From: Hamiltosporidium tvaerminnensis FI-OER-3-3
Taxonomy: Eukaryota > Fungi > Microsporidia
Assembly (NCBI GenBank): GCA_022605425.2
Contig: JAKIMF020000004.1
Location: 558,001-622,000 of the forward strand
Direction: 5' to 3'
Length of the DNA stretch: 64,000 nucleotides
A model generated the notes under the pieces. That model ran no database searches, was not told the origin of the DNA, and saw nothing but the letters and a program-made list of their open reading frames with translations. Below, piece after piece: positions 1 through 12,793 of the stretch. The position numbers were made by a program, and so were the translations under genes. Each line of letters opens with the position of its first letter. The first letter of the stretch is position 1.

Positions 1-1137
1 GCTATTTAATTCCTTTTCTGTCAAAGAATCAAAAATATAAATCATTTTTCTAAAATCCTTTTCATCTGGAATAGGCATATTAGAAAAACCAGGTATCATT
101 GATAGCATCTTACTCATCGGTCCTAAACTCATAATTTGTTGAAATATATCATAATAGTCTCCTAGTGTAAAATTACCGCTTCCTATTTTTTTCATCATTT
201 CTTTTTCATCAATATTTAATTTTTTTACAGTTTCTACCAAACCTTCTACATCACCTAATCCAAACATTTTATTTATAAAACGTTCTGCATCAAAAGATTC
301 AATATCATCCATATTTTCACCGATACCTACAAATTCAATAGGACACCCTGTACTAGCTACTGAGCTAAGTGCCCCACCACCATTTTTCGCACCATCTAAC
401 TTAGTTATAATTATTGAACCTACATCTACTTCATTTTTAAATCCGATGGCTTGTATTTCAGCTGACTGTCCAATACCTGCATCACAAATTAATACAATTT
501 TAGTTGGAGTGACTTTAGTAATAATATTTTTCATTTCCTGAAACAATTCTCTTTCTTGTGTGTGTCTACCGCTCGTATCAATTATAATCAAATCAAATTT
601 GTCTTTTTTAAACCTTTCAAAACCTTCAACTGCAACTTTCACAGGATCGGGATCTGAACTTCCAAAATATGGAACTTTTATTTTCAAAGCATTTTGTTTG
701 ATCTGATCAAAGGCTCCTGCCCTAAATGTGTCTGCACATACGATTCCTGTTTTAAATCCTTTCTTTTTATAATAGTTGGCATATTTACAGACTGTTGTAG
801 TTTTTCCACTTCCTTGTAATCCAACGAAAACTACCACATTGGTTTTATTTCTTTCAAGTTTTATTGGCGCACTTTTTGGATCCAACATTTTTAAAAGTTC
901 ATCGTAAACTGCATTGTAGACAAGTTTACCCTTATTAACACCAGCTGGTATTTCTTTAGAAAATACATTTGCACGAATATTTTGTTTTAAAACATCTACG
1001 TATTTTGGACTGACATTTGAAGAAAGAAGTTGATTACAGATATCATGTAATGTTGCTTCTATTTTAGAATCAGTTACTTGTGTTTTTAAAAGTGAATTTA
1101 GAGACGAAGCAATGGATTTTCCTAAATCAAAAATCAT
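1..1137 (-). CDS. SRP54: Signal recognition particle 54 kDa subunit (runs off the left edge of the window; missing from the ORF track)
   Basis: Manual minus-strand translation from the ATG at 1137 gives MIFDLGKSIASSL...VVFVGLQGSGKTTT...DTFRAGAFDQ...DTSGRH...TKLDG...LGPMSKMLSMIPG, covering the SRP GTPase motifs and the start of the M domain. CCCC lies 5 nt upstream of the ATG. Confidence 0.95.
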   Translation of the reverse strand, partial: MIFDLGKSIASSLNSLLKTQVTDSKIEATLHDICNQLLSSNVSPKYVDVLKQNIRANVFSKEIPAGVNKGKLVYNAVYDELLKMLDPKSAPIKLERNKTNVVVFVGLQGSGKTTTVCKYANYYKKKGFKTGIVCADTFRAGAFDQIKQNALKIKVPYFGSSDPDPVKVAVEGFERFKKDKFDLIIIDTSGRHTQERELFQEMKNIITKVTPTKIVLICDAGIGQSAEIQAIGFKNEVDVGSIIITKLDGAKNGGGALSSVASTGCPIEFVGIGENMDDIESFDAERFINKMFGLGDVEGLVETVKKLNIDEKEMMKKIGSGNFTLGDYYDIFQQIMSLGPMSKMLSMIPGFSNMPIPDEKDFRKMIYIFDSLTEKELNS

Positions 1138-1370
1138 TCGAAGGGGTTCTTCTAGCTTTATTTATTGCAATGTTTTAAAAAATGGACAAATAAAAAAATT
1201 CAGATAAGAAAGAAATATTTAAATAAAATAAATGAAAGACAAAAAAAATATTCATAATTTTAATTTTCATTGAAATCTGAAGTATTCATCAAATCTTTTG
1301 AAACATAAAAATCCGCTTCAGAAGCATTTTTTGAATTTAAAAAATATATTTGAATAAAAATGACCCTTGG
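1138..1370. promoter_or_regulatory. Short divergent intergenic region/bidirectional promoter with CCC start-proximal motifs on both sides
   Basis: 233 bp between the SRP54 and MED18 ATGs, AT-rich, with GGGG at 1143-1146 and CCC at 1364-1366. The CCC motif near the ATG is a known microsporidian signal. Confidence 0.6.
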
Positions 1371-1964
1371 ATGTATGAGTGTTCCTTGTATGGTATGACT
1401 ACACAATTAAAGCATCTGCATATGATACTATCGTATAAAAATTTTATACCTCAAAAAATAGCCAGAATCGATACATATCTGAAATCAAAAGATCATAAAA
1501 TTATTTTACAATCGTGTAGTAATTCAAATTTCTTAATTTACAAAAATGAACCAGATCCGACAAAGACACTAAAAACAATTATAAATAAAATAAATCGAAG
1601 TGAAGTTTTGAACTGTGAAGATACAATTTCTTTTTTAAATTTAGCAAATTTTAAACAGGAAAAAAAACTTTTTGTAGAGGGAATTGAATATGTGAAAGAC
1701 AATATTCATATTGAAGTAACCGTACATAGTATAACAAATAGCGAAATAATAATTAACGAAGCTTTTATGGAAAATTTCATTCGTAATTATATGACTAATG
1801 AAATTGATAATTCATTGTTCAATTCGTGTGAGACATTCTTTGTTAAAATTTATACTTTTGCACAAACTTCAGAAGAAGGAGAGAATTTGGTTTTTTCCGA
1901 ATCAATTAATCTTAAAAAATATATTAATTTGCAAAAACCACCCGTAAATTTCTTTAAAAAATAA
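1371..1964 (+). CDS. MED18: Mediator subunit 18 (Srb5)-like protein
   Basis: The true start is probably the ATG at 1371 (CCCTTGG-ATG) rather than TTG 1350. The N-terminus MYECSLYG and the segment F..E....VEGIEY...NIHIEV resemble the Med18 CYTH-like fold. About 197 aa. Confidence 0.65.
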   Translation: MYECSLYGMTTQLKHLHMILSYKNFIPQKIARIDTYLKSKDHKIILQSCSNSNFLIYKNEPDPTKTLKTIINKINRSEVLNCEDTISFLNLANFKQEKKLFVEGIEYVKDNIHIEVTVHSITNSEIIINEAFMENFIRNYMTNEIDNSLFNSCETFFVKIYTFAQTSEEGENLVFSESINLKKYINLQKPPVNFFKK

Positions 1965-3049
1965 ATCAAATTTTAAAAACAGTTTTATAATTTAAGAAAA
2001 TAAAAATTAGAGGTTTAACTTACTATTTACTGTTACACACTAATAAATCTCATGTATAATAGATTCTGGTTATTGCCTTAAATATTTTAATTTTTAGACA
2101 CCCTTTGTTTTATACATTCCTCTATTCCAATGCCAAAATTATTAATCTTCCGATAAATATTCCATTCTATATTGCTGATCAGTAATATTTTAACATTTAT
2201 TTTTTATAAAATATGTTAAGCGCTGTTGATATTAACATGAATCAAACGAGATTTATTGTTTCACTTTCCGTTTCTTTTTTTTGCTTTTTTAATTCTTTCA
2301 AAGTATAATGGCATTGCAAATTTTTAGAAAAATACACTGATGATTATCTAAAAATCACAAACTGGTTTGAAACCTTGTTTATTCCTTTTATTTTCTTTTT
2401 AAGTTTTTATTTTATCTATAGATAACTACGATTTAATTGAACGCCAAAGACATGGTAGTTATGAAAACAGATAGGAAAGAATTTTTCACACTAGATTTGA
2501 AAATCTGTAAGAATTTTGGATTATGTAGATAGATTTCTGCGTTACATCAATCAAAATGATCACCTTTTTTGATTCTGAGTACCTTAAACAATTATAAAAC
2601 TAAAACATGTGGTTTTATGACTAAAAAAGAATCGCATTAGCAAAAGATCTATTGACATTTTTCTTTATTAACTTTGGTGTTCCAGTTGCAATGTCGGTTT
2701 ATAGCGAACTAAATTTAAAATTAACTTTTTTAACGTTTTGTTTGATTTGGTTAAGTTATATACGAGAAAACCCAGCAAAAAAGTATAAAGCCAACTTTAA
2801 CGTGTAATTAAGAAATCATAAGGGATTTATAGAAAATAGCATAGCCGATAGGAAATTATCTATTTTGCAATGTAGCCATTGTTTTTGCCATACAATAGTA
2901 TATTACTTAGTAGAACAAACAAATTTGAATTTAGGCTTTTTTAGAGAACCAAATTTAATAATCCACTTTCTGGAAGCATAATAATTATAAAATAAACTTT
3001 ATCATAATCCTTCTATTAATTTAGGGTTATTTGTTGTTCTTTCACTATG

Positions 3050-3890
3050 ATAATCAAGGAGGTTCATAGTAGGGCTAATATCACTTCTGAGGAACAGAAC
3101 AATCCACCGAGCGAGCAACACCTGCAACTATTATAATAATTTGTTGTACTATGAACTATAGAAGATTTGTTGTGTAAGTAATGTTTAAATCTCTTAATTA
3201 TATAGAAAGAATTGCAGAGAGCTAAAATTTATCAGATTCATTAGGAATTAATGCAGGAAATATAAGACACAAAAAGACCTTTGAACTAATACAAAGACGA
3301 AAATACCGTCTTTTGACTTCTTTTTTAATAATTCAATTACTGCTATTGAAGACAGCTTGATGAGCATCATGGTTTAAGTAAAAAATAGCGATGGTGACGT
3401 AATAACATAATTTAAGACCCTGGTAAAACGCGTTAAAATTTAAATTTTTTTGCGGTTATAATATTAGGTCGAACAGAAAAATCACATCTAAAACCATCTG
3501 CCCGGCAATAAGTTGGAAAAATTACTGGAAGAATCATTTTTGACATTTTTTTAAAATAAACCACTCCGGTTTTATGCGGAGATCCTCTATAAACCAGAGC
3601 AAAACCGATCAAAGAAACAAATGGGAAAATAAGAGACTGATCCAAAACTTAAGGACATAGAATGGTAACATAACCACCGTTAATAAAACTTAAAAGTAAG
3701 ACGTTGAAGAGAAAAATAGCTGACATCTGAAACATTAAATGGTTTGTCCTATAAAATCGGCTTTATGTGAAGGAGGAATAGACCCGTAAAATTTCAGAAT
3801 ATTTACCACTAACAGAATATGTTTGCTTCCATTTGTTCATACTTCGTACCGATAGGTCAAAGAGAACTGGAATGAGTTAGTAAGTAAGTA
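3050..3890 (+). mobile_element. Highly degenerate RTE-clade non-LTR retrotransposon remnant
   Basis: GGAGGTT..GTAGGGCTAATA at ~3060 resembles the RTE 5'UTR motif seen in the short RTE family in this window. It is followed by faint APE-like fragments and ends in an (AGTA)n tail at ~3879-3890. Confidence 0.35.
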
Positions 3891-4811
3891 TAATATTCAA
3901 CACTTTTTTATTGAAGAAATGTTGACTATAAAGCTATTTTTTTTCTTTTTTATCTTTTAAAGGTTTTTTTTGAAGCAGATTAGACTTTATAAGTATATAA
4001 GCGCTTTTAATTTTTATATAGCTACATTTAGGACTAAATCTATTTCTTTTTTGCAATTTATGTGACTTTTAATAGTAAATAAATGTAGAATAACCAGAAA
4101 TTTAGAAAAATAAGAAACAATGGAGTTTTGAAATTATTAGAAATAGAGGGCAGCTAGAAATACATAATAAGTAAAGTGTAGAATGATAAAAGAATAAGGC
4201 GAGTCATTTTAGATAAAACCTTATCAAACATCAATATTCTTACAAAGATTTTACGAATATTTTAATCATTTAAGAGGATAGATGTATAATTTTGGAAGAT
4301 CTTATTGATTCTATTCGGAAAAAAAACAAATTTTATTGTGATCATAAAGTCAAATTTTTTTTGAATGATCTAAAATACTATCAAAAGAATTCCTTAAATT
4401 TGTGTGGTTTTTAATGCCTTTTTTTACTTGAAATTATAAAGAATTGAAATGAAAAAGAGATATTGAACCATAAATAAGATATTTCATTTGAAATTGATTC
4501 AAACCATCGGTAAAAAAGTATATGAGAAAGATTTTATACTCCAGAATTCCATAATAAATTTTAATGAAAGAATTTAGGTTTTTTATTAAAAATAAACTGT
4601 TTTTAGTAAAGAATGTCTTTCATAATTCGTGAAAATAAAATTTAAATTATTGAATTATATTTGCAAATACTGTATTAGTATCTCAGGTATAGCCAGAAAT
4701 GGAATGAGGATTTAGCCATGATGCGATTCGATACTTCTTCATACTAGTGATTATGATTTCCTTTACGAAACTATAATTATTCGCAATTCTTTCACTATAC
4801 CTAAATCGAAA

Positions 4812-5021
4812 CGTCTTGAAGCACTTTCTGCTTGTCATAAAAGGCGACTACAAAGGACTTGTGCCCTATATTGGGGTTGGGAGTAGGGCTAACAACCCAC
4901 CTTTTAAAACCACCTTGTTACAAAACCCGAAAAGGTAAACAAATCTACTAGAAAAGACCCGGTTGGAGGTATTACGGAATGGCAGAAAAGACTCGTGCGA
5001 GGCTGTAGTGCCGACGATGAA
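4812..5021 (+). mobile_element. Short non-autonomous RTE-derived element (5'UTR plus 3' end), copy 1
   Basis: CTGCTTGTCATAAAAGGCGACTA...TTGGGGTTGGGAGTAGGGCTAACAACCC...GGCTGTAGTGCCGACGATGA. Aligns by eye to 39781-40018 and 46277-46495. Confidence 0.7.
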
Positions 5022-6036
5022 TTTAAAGGTACCATTTTGGCATTTGCATCAAAAATTTGTTTTAATTAGTTTAAACCTAAATCACTATGAGTTTAACATA
5101 TATTTCAAATATATTTAGATTTTTTAAAAAATTTAAGTTATAAAGATAGTCTGGATCTATTTCCGGGATAGAATGGTCAAGATATAACATGGAAAATGGC
5201 CAAAGAAGACAAATATGCTTGAAAACAGAGGCTAGATAGGTTTTTGATTTTTTTAACATTCGAATATCATTTCATATAATCTAGGAAAAATTCACCAGGC
5301 AAAACATAATGTTAATACATATGATTAAAAGTATCATTTAAAGAAGACAAGAATTTGAGGAATGCACACACTTCTTTAATCGCTTTCTAATGAAAACATG
5401 TGGCTACATTAAAACTATTTCACATCAAAAAGCAGCTAAATTCAAAATATTACATTATTGAACGCAAGTGAAAAAAAATAAATTATTGTACATAAATATT
5501 ATAAACATACATAAATAAGCAGTGTAACAGAGGAAAAAATATATTAACATTATAATGAAAATTTTTATATAGTTTTCCCTTAAATTTAAGCTTCTTTTTT
5601 ATAAGATTCAAATGCATTCTTCTTGGTATTTTTAGCAATAAATTTGTCGGCAAAACAAACCAAATCCAATATTCATCCATTAAGTATATTATTTGAGTTT
5701 AAAAGTGATTCATCTGAGAGAAATATTTGATTTAGCATACAAACACCACTGTAAAAGGATTGTTTTATTTGGTTTACAAAACTACTTTTATTATTTAAAA
5801 TTCTATGTTTTAGTAGTACTATTTTTTTGCTTTTCATAAATTCTTTGACTACTTCAAATAAGTATTCCCTTGTTAAAAGATTGTTTAAAATTAAACTTCG
5901 AATTCGCTATTTATATTTTTGATATTTAAACATAAATTATTAGACAAAAAACAAAAAAATTAATGTATAAAATGTTTTTATTATTTTTGATTCTTTTGTA
6001 ATTTAATTTAAAAATAAATGACAAAAAATTTATAAT

Positions 6037-6936
6037 TTATTCGTCTAAAAAAGAAACACCGTCGAAAATACCATCGACGATGTTGAACGCAAGTATTTCA
6101 GTGGTTGACATGGATGTTATATCCCCTCGATTTCGAGCAGCTTGTATTTTTTTTAATGTGTTAACATTCGAACTGTTCAAATCGTGTACAGTAAGAAGCG
6201 GCACTGTTGATATTTTTTCGTTTGGCCTGCTACTAAATTTTTTTTCTTTATCTGCGATTTCATTATTATTTATTGTGATTTCTTCGATTTTTACAGTTTT
6301 CTGTATCTGTTTTTGATTTTTCAATATCGAGTTGTAATTTTTTTTAGGAATATCATTTTCTTCATTATGAATATGAGAGTTTTCCTTTTCGACACAGGTT
6401 TTAGGCTTTAAAATGCCCTTAGTATCAACATCCTGAATTACGCTAGGTCTTTCTAATTCTGCAACCATATCAAAAGCTTCTAAATTGAGTGGAAATCCAA
6501 GATATGTACATATGTCTTTAAAACATATGTTTCTTCGAATTTGGAATACAAAATTTTCAATAAATATATGTATTTTATATGTTGTCATAGCAAATATTTT
6601 ATAATATCTTTGCCAAAGGGAATAACTAATGGATCTATTTCTACATTCGAGACCTCCCAGAACAAAAATAGGCAGCAAATATTTTTTATACAAAAACAGG
6701 ATGATAACTTTAATTATTTCCTTGGTTTGTAATATAAAAAAACAATGTATTCGGACGGCAAATATTATTACTTTTACAACTGGATTTAAAATATAACAGA
6801 TAAAAATGTCTATAAATTTCATAATTTTCGTAATCAAATTGTATTCAATGCCGATATTTATCAAGTATAAAATTGATTTTAAAACTTCAGATGGAATAGT
6901 AAAAAAAATCAAGATTATTATATTGTCGATGCGCAT
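6037..6936 (-). CDS. Hypothetical protein with a hydrophobic N-terminal half
   Basis: 299-codon ORF with hydrophobic N-terminal segments and a charged C-terminus. No recognised motif. Confidence 0.6.
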   Translation of the reverse strand: MRIDNIIILIFFTIPSEVLKSILYLINIGIEYNLITKIMKFIDIFICYILNPVVKVIIFAVRIHCFFILQTKEIIKVIILFLYKKYLLPIFVLGGLECRNRSISYSLWQRYYKIFAMTTYKIHIFIENFVFQIRRNICFKDICTYLGFPLNLEAFDMVAELERPSVIQDVDTKGILKPKTCVEKENSHIHNEENDIPKKNYNSILKNQKQIQKTVKIEEITINNNEIADKEKKFSSRPNEKISTVPLLTVHDLNSSNVNTLKKIQAARNRGDITSMSTTEILAFNIVDGIFDGVSFLDE

Positions 6937-7720
6937 TTTTGTTACTACTATTATTTCCGTCTATTATATTTTTCTGAAAATAGAGAACAAATTAGATTTG
7001 AAACTATTCCCCTTATCTATGATATCAAATAAATTGGTAAATTTTATCAAAATTCTGAAAATAATTTATCATAAAAACAAACCAATAAAATTTTCTGTGT
7101 ATTAATCTAGTTGAGAAAAACATGAAACTTAATATACTAAAAAATGCACAATTTTAGATCTTTATTATTTTCGAAACAACCTAAATTAATCTTTAGGATT
7201 TATAATGATGGATTTAAAAGTCAAAAACGGTCTTTTATATGATTATTCTTAACACTTTGTTCACCAATATACATTATTCTAAAAAATCTATGCCTAAATT
7301 ACTTTTTCTGGATCTGAGAAGGCTTTGAAAACCTCATTAAGTTTTGTTTTTATTTAATAATTGCCTTGTGTATTAATTTGGTTCATTATCCTTTTTTTTG
7401 CTAGAATAATTTACATCTGGATAACAAAGTTAAAACACAGAAGATCTTTTCGGCTGCTAGATCACATAAAGGAAGAAAATTACATTAAGGTTTTTTTTGA
7501 GAGGAAGCATAACAAATTCAGAGGAAAAATTTTTAATTTTAATATATTAGCATACTAATTACTAAAAAACTTAAAGAAGAAATAATAAAAAGTATTTAAT
7601 TTTTGGTTCAAAATACGGTTTTTTGGTTCTTATATGTTTTCCCTGTTAATTTACCTATTTCACTTTCATTTTATAAGTACGAAAGTTCATGGGATTGATT
7701 TTTTTCCAGAGAAATAATTA

Positions 7721-9189
7721 TAATATGCCAAAAAAACCTGAACGCCTATTTTCTTAATGAAATTATTTACATATAGAACGTATTAATTTAATGTGTCGCA
7801 ATGTGTATAATAATTATATGTTGTTAACATATAGTCTAGGTCATTTTAAAAAATATTGTCTACATATAACAAAAGGATTAAATTTACAAAGGCAATTCAA
7901 AAAAATTCTGGCCCTTCTATTTAATATTTAGTTGTCTCCACGCGCAAGTAAAATAGCTTAAACGCGTTTGCATAGACGTAAAAAGTTTTTTCACTAAGGC
8001 AATAGGAATTTATTTCTGAATTTCGATGGATTTTTGCTTTACCCCATGCTTATTTTTGACACTAAAATTACCTAATTTTTTTCACTTAAGTCCAAGATGT
8101 TATATTGGGTCTGAATCAAGTAATTGGGATGCCTAAAGAAGTATTTAAGTTCCTATTCTTTCAAAATATTCCACTGCAACCTTTGATGTATATTTAGAGC
8201 CATTATCTCGCTACTAAATATACTTATCTAAACCCATATTTTTAGCAGATGATTCTAAATTATTTGCAGAAAAACCAAAATATGGAATCAATTCATAGAT
8301 TTATCAATCAGTGGCCAGTTGCGAAACCTTGATAGGATATACATCCCAAACATAATATTTCCTCCATTGTGCTTAACTGTTGGTGTAATGATATATTCAG
8401 CATTTGGCTGTTCTCTCTGTTCCCTCAATACATAAACCTTAAAACTGAATTAAACAAGTTGAACTTACGTTCAAAACTAAATATTGTGCGTTTTCAATCG
8501 CCATCTAAAATTGATAAAAACGATTTTTAAATTTTAAATCTAACAACCATATATTTGGTGACAAAAATGATTTTTGAGCAAAGGAACGGGCATAGATACC
8601 TACTGTTTTTCGGTTATTTCTTATAGTTTCGACATTATCCTTATAACTAGATAATCCTTCCAAATTTCTAGTAATTTCTGCGAAACTTATTTTGGATTTT
8701 TTCTTTATAAATAAGAAATTCTATTGGTCATGGTAATATTTATAAGAATTGGTCTTCTAGATCTATGCTAAAGAGTTGTAATTTTTATATGTATATACTT
8801 AGTAAAGTATAATCAACTCTAACCCTAGCTATTGTAAGGAATTCGAAAAAAAAGCTTATTAAATAACCTTCTTAACTCAACTATATTATAGCTATCTATC
8901 TTCCTGTATGGCTGGAAATAGATCATTAAAAGTTATGTAAAACCTAACATACATAATTACTGATCTATGACACAAAAGGCTTATTAATTTTTAGGTATCT
9001 GGATTTTTTTGAAATTTTAAAAAGATATATGTAAAGTGTTTACTAAAGATTATCGACAACTAAACAAAGAATAATATAGGAATACATATTTTAACTCATT
9101 ATATACTATAAAAAGATTTAGAGTTCCTATTAAAAAAATTTGAAAATTTAGAATTTTTTGAGTGCCCGGACATTTTTTTTGACATACTG
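7721..9189 (-). mobile_element. Degenerate Tc1-family DNA transposon (~1.47 kb)
   Basis: Broken minus-strand translation gives IFS.ERKFNLF, PTVKHNGG, NNLESSAKNMGLDKYI, RDNGSKYTSK and DP-IxHL, matching Tc1 DD34E transposase motifs. The right end reads TA|CAGTATGTCAAAAAAA (reverse complement of 9174-9191); a decayed counterpart TA|TAATATGCCAAAAAAA starts at 7719. Confidence 0.75.
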
Positions 9190-12100
9190 TATTGAAGATC
9201 TCAAGACCGAAACTGCAGAAATTATAAAATCAAAATTTAAGGAATATATTTTCGATTATATTAAAAATTTATGTGGGTAAATTTTATACGAAAATATAAC
9301 ATAAAAAGTTTGTAATGAGATAAAAAGACACATTATATTAAAATGAATTTATATTCTATAAAATTCCGAGACTTAATTTCAGATAATTATCAAAATATTC
9401 TTTAAATCTATGTAGAAGAATAACCAAAATATATCTTAAGAATATTAAAATCTTTAAATCTTTAAATCTTTAAATCCACATTTTTCAAACCAGGTTTAAT
9501 TTTAGAAATAAAAAAATTAAATATTCGTCGAATCCATTATGTATAAAACACTATTAAAAGCTAAATTTTAGTCCAAATAAATTATTTGATTTTTGGCTTT
9601 TATTCTAAGACTTGTTTTTGGTTATTTTATCATGGGGAGAACAAAATAACGGGGTTTTTAGCAGATAACTGCTCTACCAAATAATGTAAATTGTCAAAAC
9701 ATCGAATAAGAAACCTTTAAAACGAAAGGGTTTTTGATATCTGAATGAAGCACATTATATAAGCAAGCTTTCAAAGATATTGAATATTTAGATTTAAAAA
9801 TAACAAATTAATACAAAAAGTAGCATTTGTGTTCAAGTAGGTGTTTTTGCGATCGCAAAAAGTAAAACAGGCAACAATATTGCTTCTTAGGTATTTTAAC
9901 AATATAGAACAATTTCGGTTTAGTCAAAATATGATAAAAAATACAGCGAATTATGCGAATAGAACAACGCTGAATACTCCAAACCCACCTTAATTTTCAA
10001 TAATCAGAATTTAACGCTGTAAAATTTAAATCACTCGATGATGGAAGGTTTTTATAGGAAAGTGGCTTTAGTATTATGTTAGTATCAGTAGATATTTACC
10101 CCAAAATACCATTTTGCACATAATCTTGCATATTTTGGATGCACATATAAGTTTTGCAAGTCCAATGTTACCAAAAAAAAATTGAGCGACTATTTCGAAA
10201 GCTCAAATATATTTTACAGTCAATTTAGGAAACAGGCATTATCAAAATGTTCTGGCAATTTAAAACATCCAAAGGAAATGTGATATAATGAAATTTTTTG
10301 GATATTTGCATTTATGGACGTCATGAATAATGATGAAAGATGAATAAGGGACCCGGAAAATTTGTATAGTCTGGCCTGTTAATAAGACTAATTATATTAG
10401 CTGTTCGGTGAAACACTTTATGTCACTTACATCAAGCAAATTCAGTTTTTTGATTTCGTTTTTTAAACTATGACTAAAATTTAAAAATAGATTGCTGAAA
10501 ATAAGATTGAATTTTTTGAAGCGCTGATATTACATGCAACAAGCCGATAATGATTTGCAAGCAAGAATCGCACCAGGCCCACTTTGCGTAGCTGCTATCA
10601 TTTCATTAGAATGACTAAGAATATTGTAGCAGTATAAATATTCACAATAAATTATAAACAATCCTAGATTGGTTTAAGATTAATAAATTGCCTAATTTTA
10701 TTGGGAATTATTCACAATACTCATAATTATCAGATTACGCGTAAGATATACACTTATAATTATACTAAAGTGAATACAAAATCCATCCAAATGAGAATTT
10801 AAAGGAATATATAATTGATTATTTGCAACATAGTCAACATCCTAGAATATTTATTTTCGTCGATAGAAGAACATTCTAGCAAAATCAGAAATTAAGGAAT
10901 TGTAATCAGACCGTTTTTAATAATTGCAAAAAATTTGAGACATCTTACCGAAATTGAAATTATTTTATATAGGACAATTAATTTAAGTAAAATAAATTTC
11001 AGATCAATAAAATTTATACAACGCAAATAAATGTATTTAAAAGCTACGGTAATAAAACATGGGTCAATCGTCAAAGTTGTAATCAATTAATTTGAAATGG
11101 TGATCTTTTTGATTGTAAAGCCTGAGGATGTAAAACTTCGCAAACAAAAATAAATCATAAAAAAACGTTTAAATACTGCTTCCTTCTCAGAAAATATCTT
11201 GAGAACTTCATATCTGAAATTTAAAAATAATTAAGGATAGTCAAAATTTCGATTCCATGGCTCTCTTAACCTTTCCTGTGATATAGATAGCATTGTTTGT
11301 TTTTTATGTATTCATTCTACTAATGTGTTCCTTTCTAGGATATCCAATGGTTTAAAATTCTTTACCTTTCTTTCTCGATGATATTTTTGATTGGATAGTA
11401 ATCCTCAAAAATAATACGATTCTTTAGACAATATATCATCAATTAATGGATTTTACAATTATTTGTTTCCTTTCAGTTTCTTAAAAAATTTTATTTTGGA
11501 GACAAATGATTAACTAGACAGCAAAGAAAAGCCAAATTTTTTATCGATTACATAAGAAACGCTAATTTCCTTGGACGTTACCATAGATATTTCTACATAA
11601 TCATTGTGCGAGAAAAATTTAGAAAAAATTAAGAGCAAAATTTTAAAACGCGCATAATTAACTAACATTTGCAGCAGTAAGTCGTATGATATGGTCCCAA
11701 TGACCCCTTAAATGGGGTAATATGGAAATTAGAGGTCGTTGAAATACAACGATTAGAATTATATTCATCTAGAATAGTTGAAAAGAAACACTATTTTTAT
11801 ATTAATACTGATTAGATCGGTGTGAGTAGTTATTTTTCAAATTATAACAAGATCTGCAGGATTGTTTAGTTTTTTTATTTACTTTGGATATTTGCATTTC
11901 TCAAATAGAGAAAGAGAAAAAACATCAATAATATTCCAAATCTAAATACTTACAATTGATTTTGCTGCGAAAAAATTAATCAAAATTTTGATGATAATTT
12001 ATAACCTTTCGTTGAACTAATAGTTTGGCTGTAGCCGTTGAATTTATATTGACATTTATTCTTCAAAATAATATATTAGAAGCATAAAAATTAAACACTA

Positions 12101-12240
12101 TTTATTTCATATTCTTCAATTTCCACCGATATTTACAATGTTTATTTAAGATGTAATTTATTTATAAAAAATACGTTATTAAAAAATTTTGAAACACTCA
12201 TTTTAATATTTTTTTAAATAAAAAAAAGTTGCCCTTAGAA

Positions 12241-12536
12241 ATGGTAAGTCATATAATTTTTAATTTTAGAGTAAAGGAACATCATGCTTTGGCAGAAAAC
12301 ACAAACGAAACCACACACTTTGTAAGAGATGTGGCCGTATGGCTTATCACATACAGAAATTAAGATGTGCATCTTGTGCTTATCCAGAAGCTAAGATTAG
12401 AAATCCATGTTCAGAAAAATGCAAAAGAAAACGTGGATATGGAACAGGAAGATTGAGATATGTTAAACGAATAGGTAAGCGATTTGTTCATCCCGAGTTG
12501 AAAGCACTTTGGGATAAAAGAGGTATCACTTATTAA
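12241..12536 (+). CDS. RPL37: 60S ribosomal protein L37 (eL37); exons 12241-12243 and 12270-12536
   Basis: The spliced product MSKGTSCFGRKHKRNHTLCKRCGRMAYHIQKLRCASCAYP...GTGRLRY has the eL37 zinc ribbon. CCC lies upstream of the ATG. Confidence 0.95.
12244..12269 (+). other. 26-nt spliceosomal intron directly after the start codon
   Basis: GTAAGT donor, TAAT branch-like motif and TTTAG acceptor. Removing it puts the ATG in frame with the RPL37 ORF. Confidence 0.92.
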
Positions 12537-12793
12537 AAAATCTATTTATTTTTATTGAATACTTTTTTTATTTATATTATTCTTATTTGTAATTTTTAAA
12601 AAATGTTTTTTAAATAAATTTTAATTTTTAATTCAGTTCTGTCTCTTCAATTTATATTTTACAATTCATTGATTTCTTAAAATATTTTTCAATTAAATAT
12701 TATTTTTCTGATATCAGATCTTTTCTCATCCTTCAATTTTACTATTTATTTTTTTCTTAAAATATTTTTCAATTAAATTTTTTTCAACCCTTA

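Noticed and set aside
5077-5760. Small minus-strand ORFs that might be an IS630/Tc1 remnant
   Set aside because: Only vague motif similarity; not supportable without a profile search.
9800-10800. Possible mariner remnant (DNARPH-like and YSPDL-like words)
   Set aside because: Too decayed to support by eye, and no TIRs were found.
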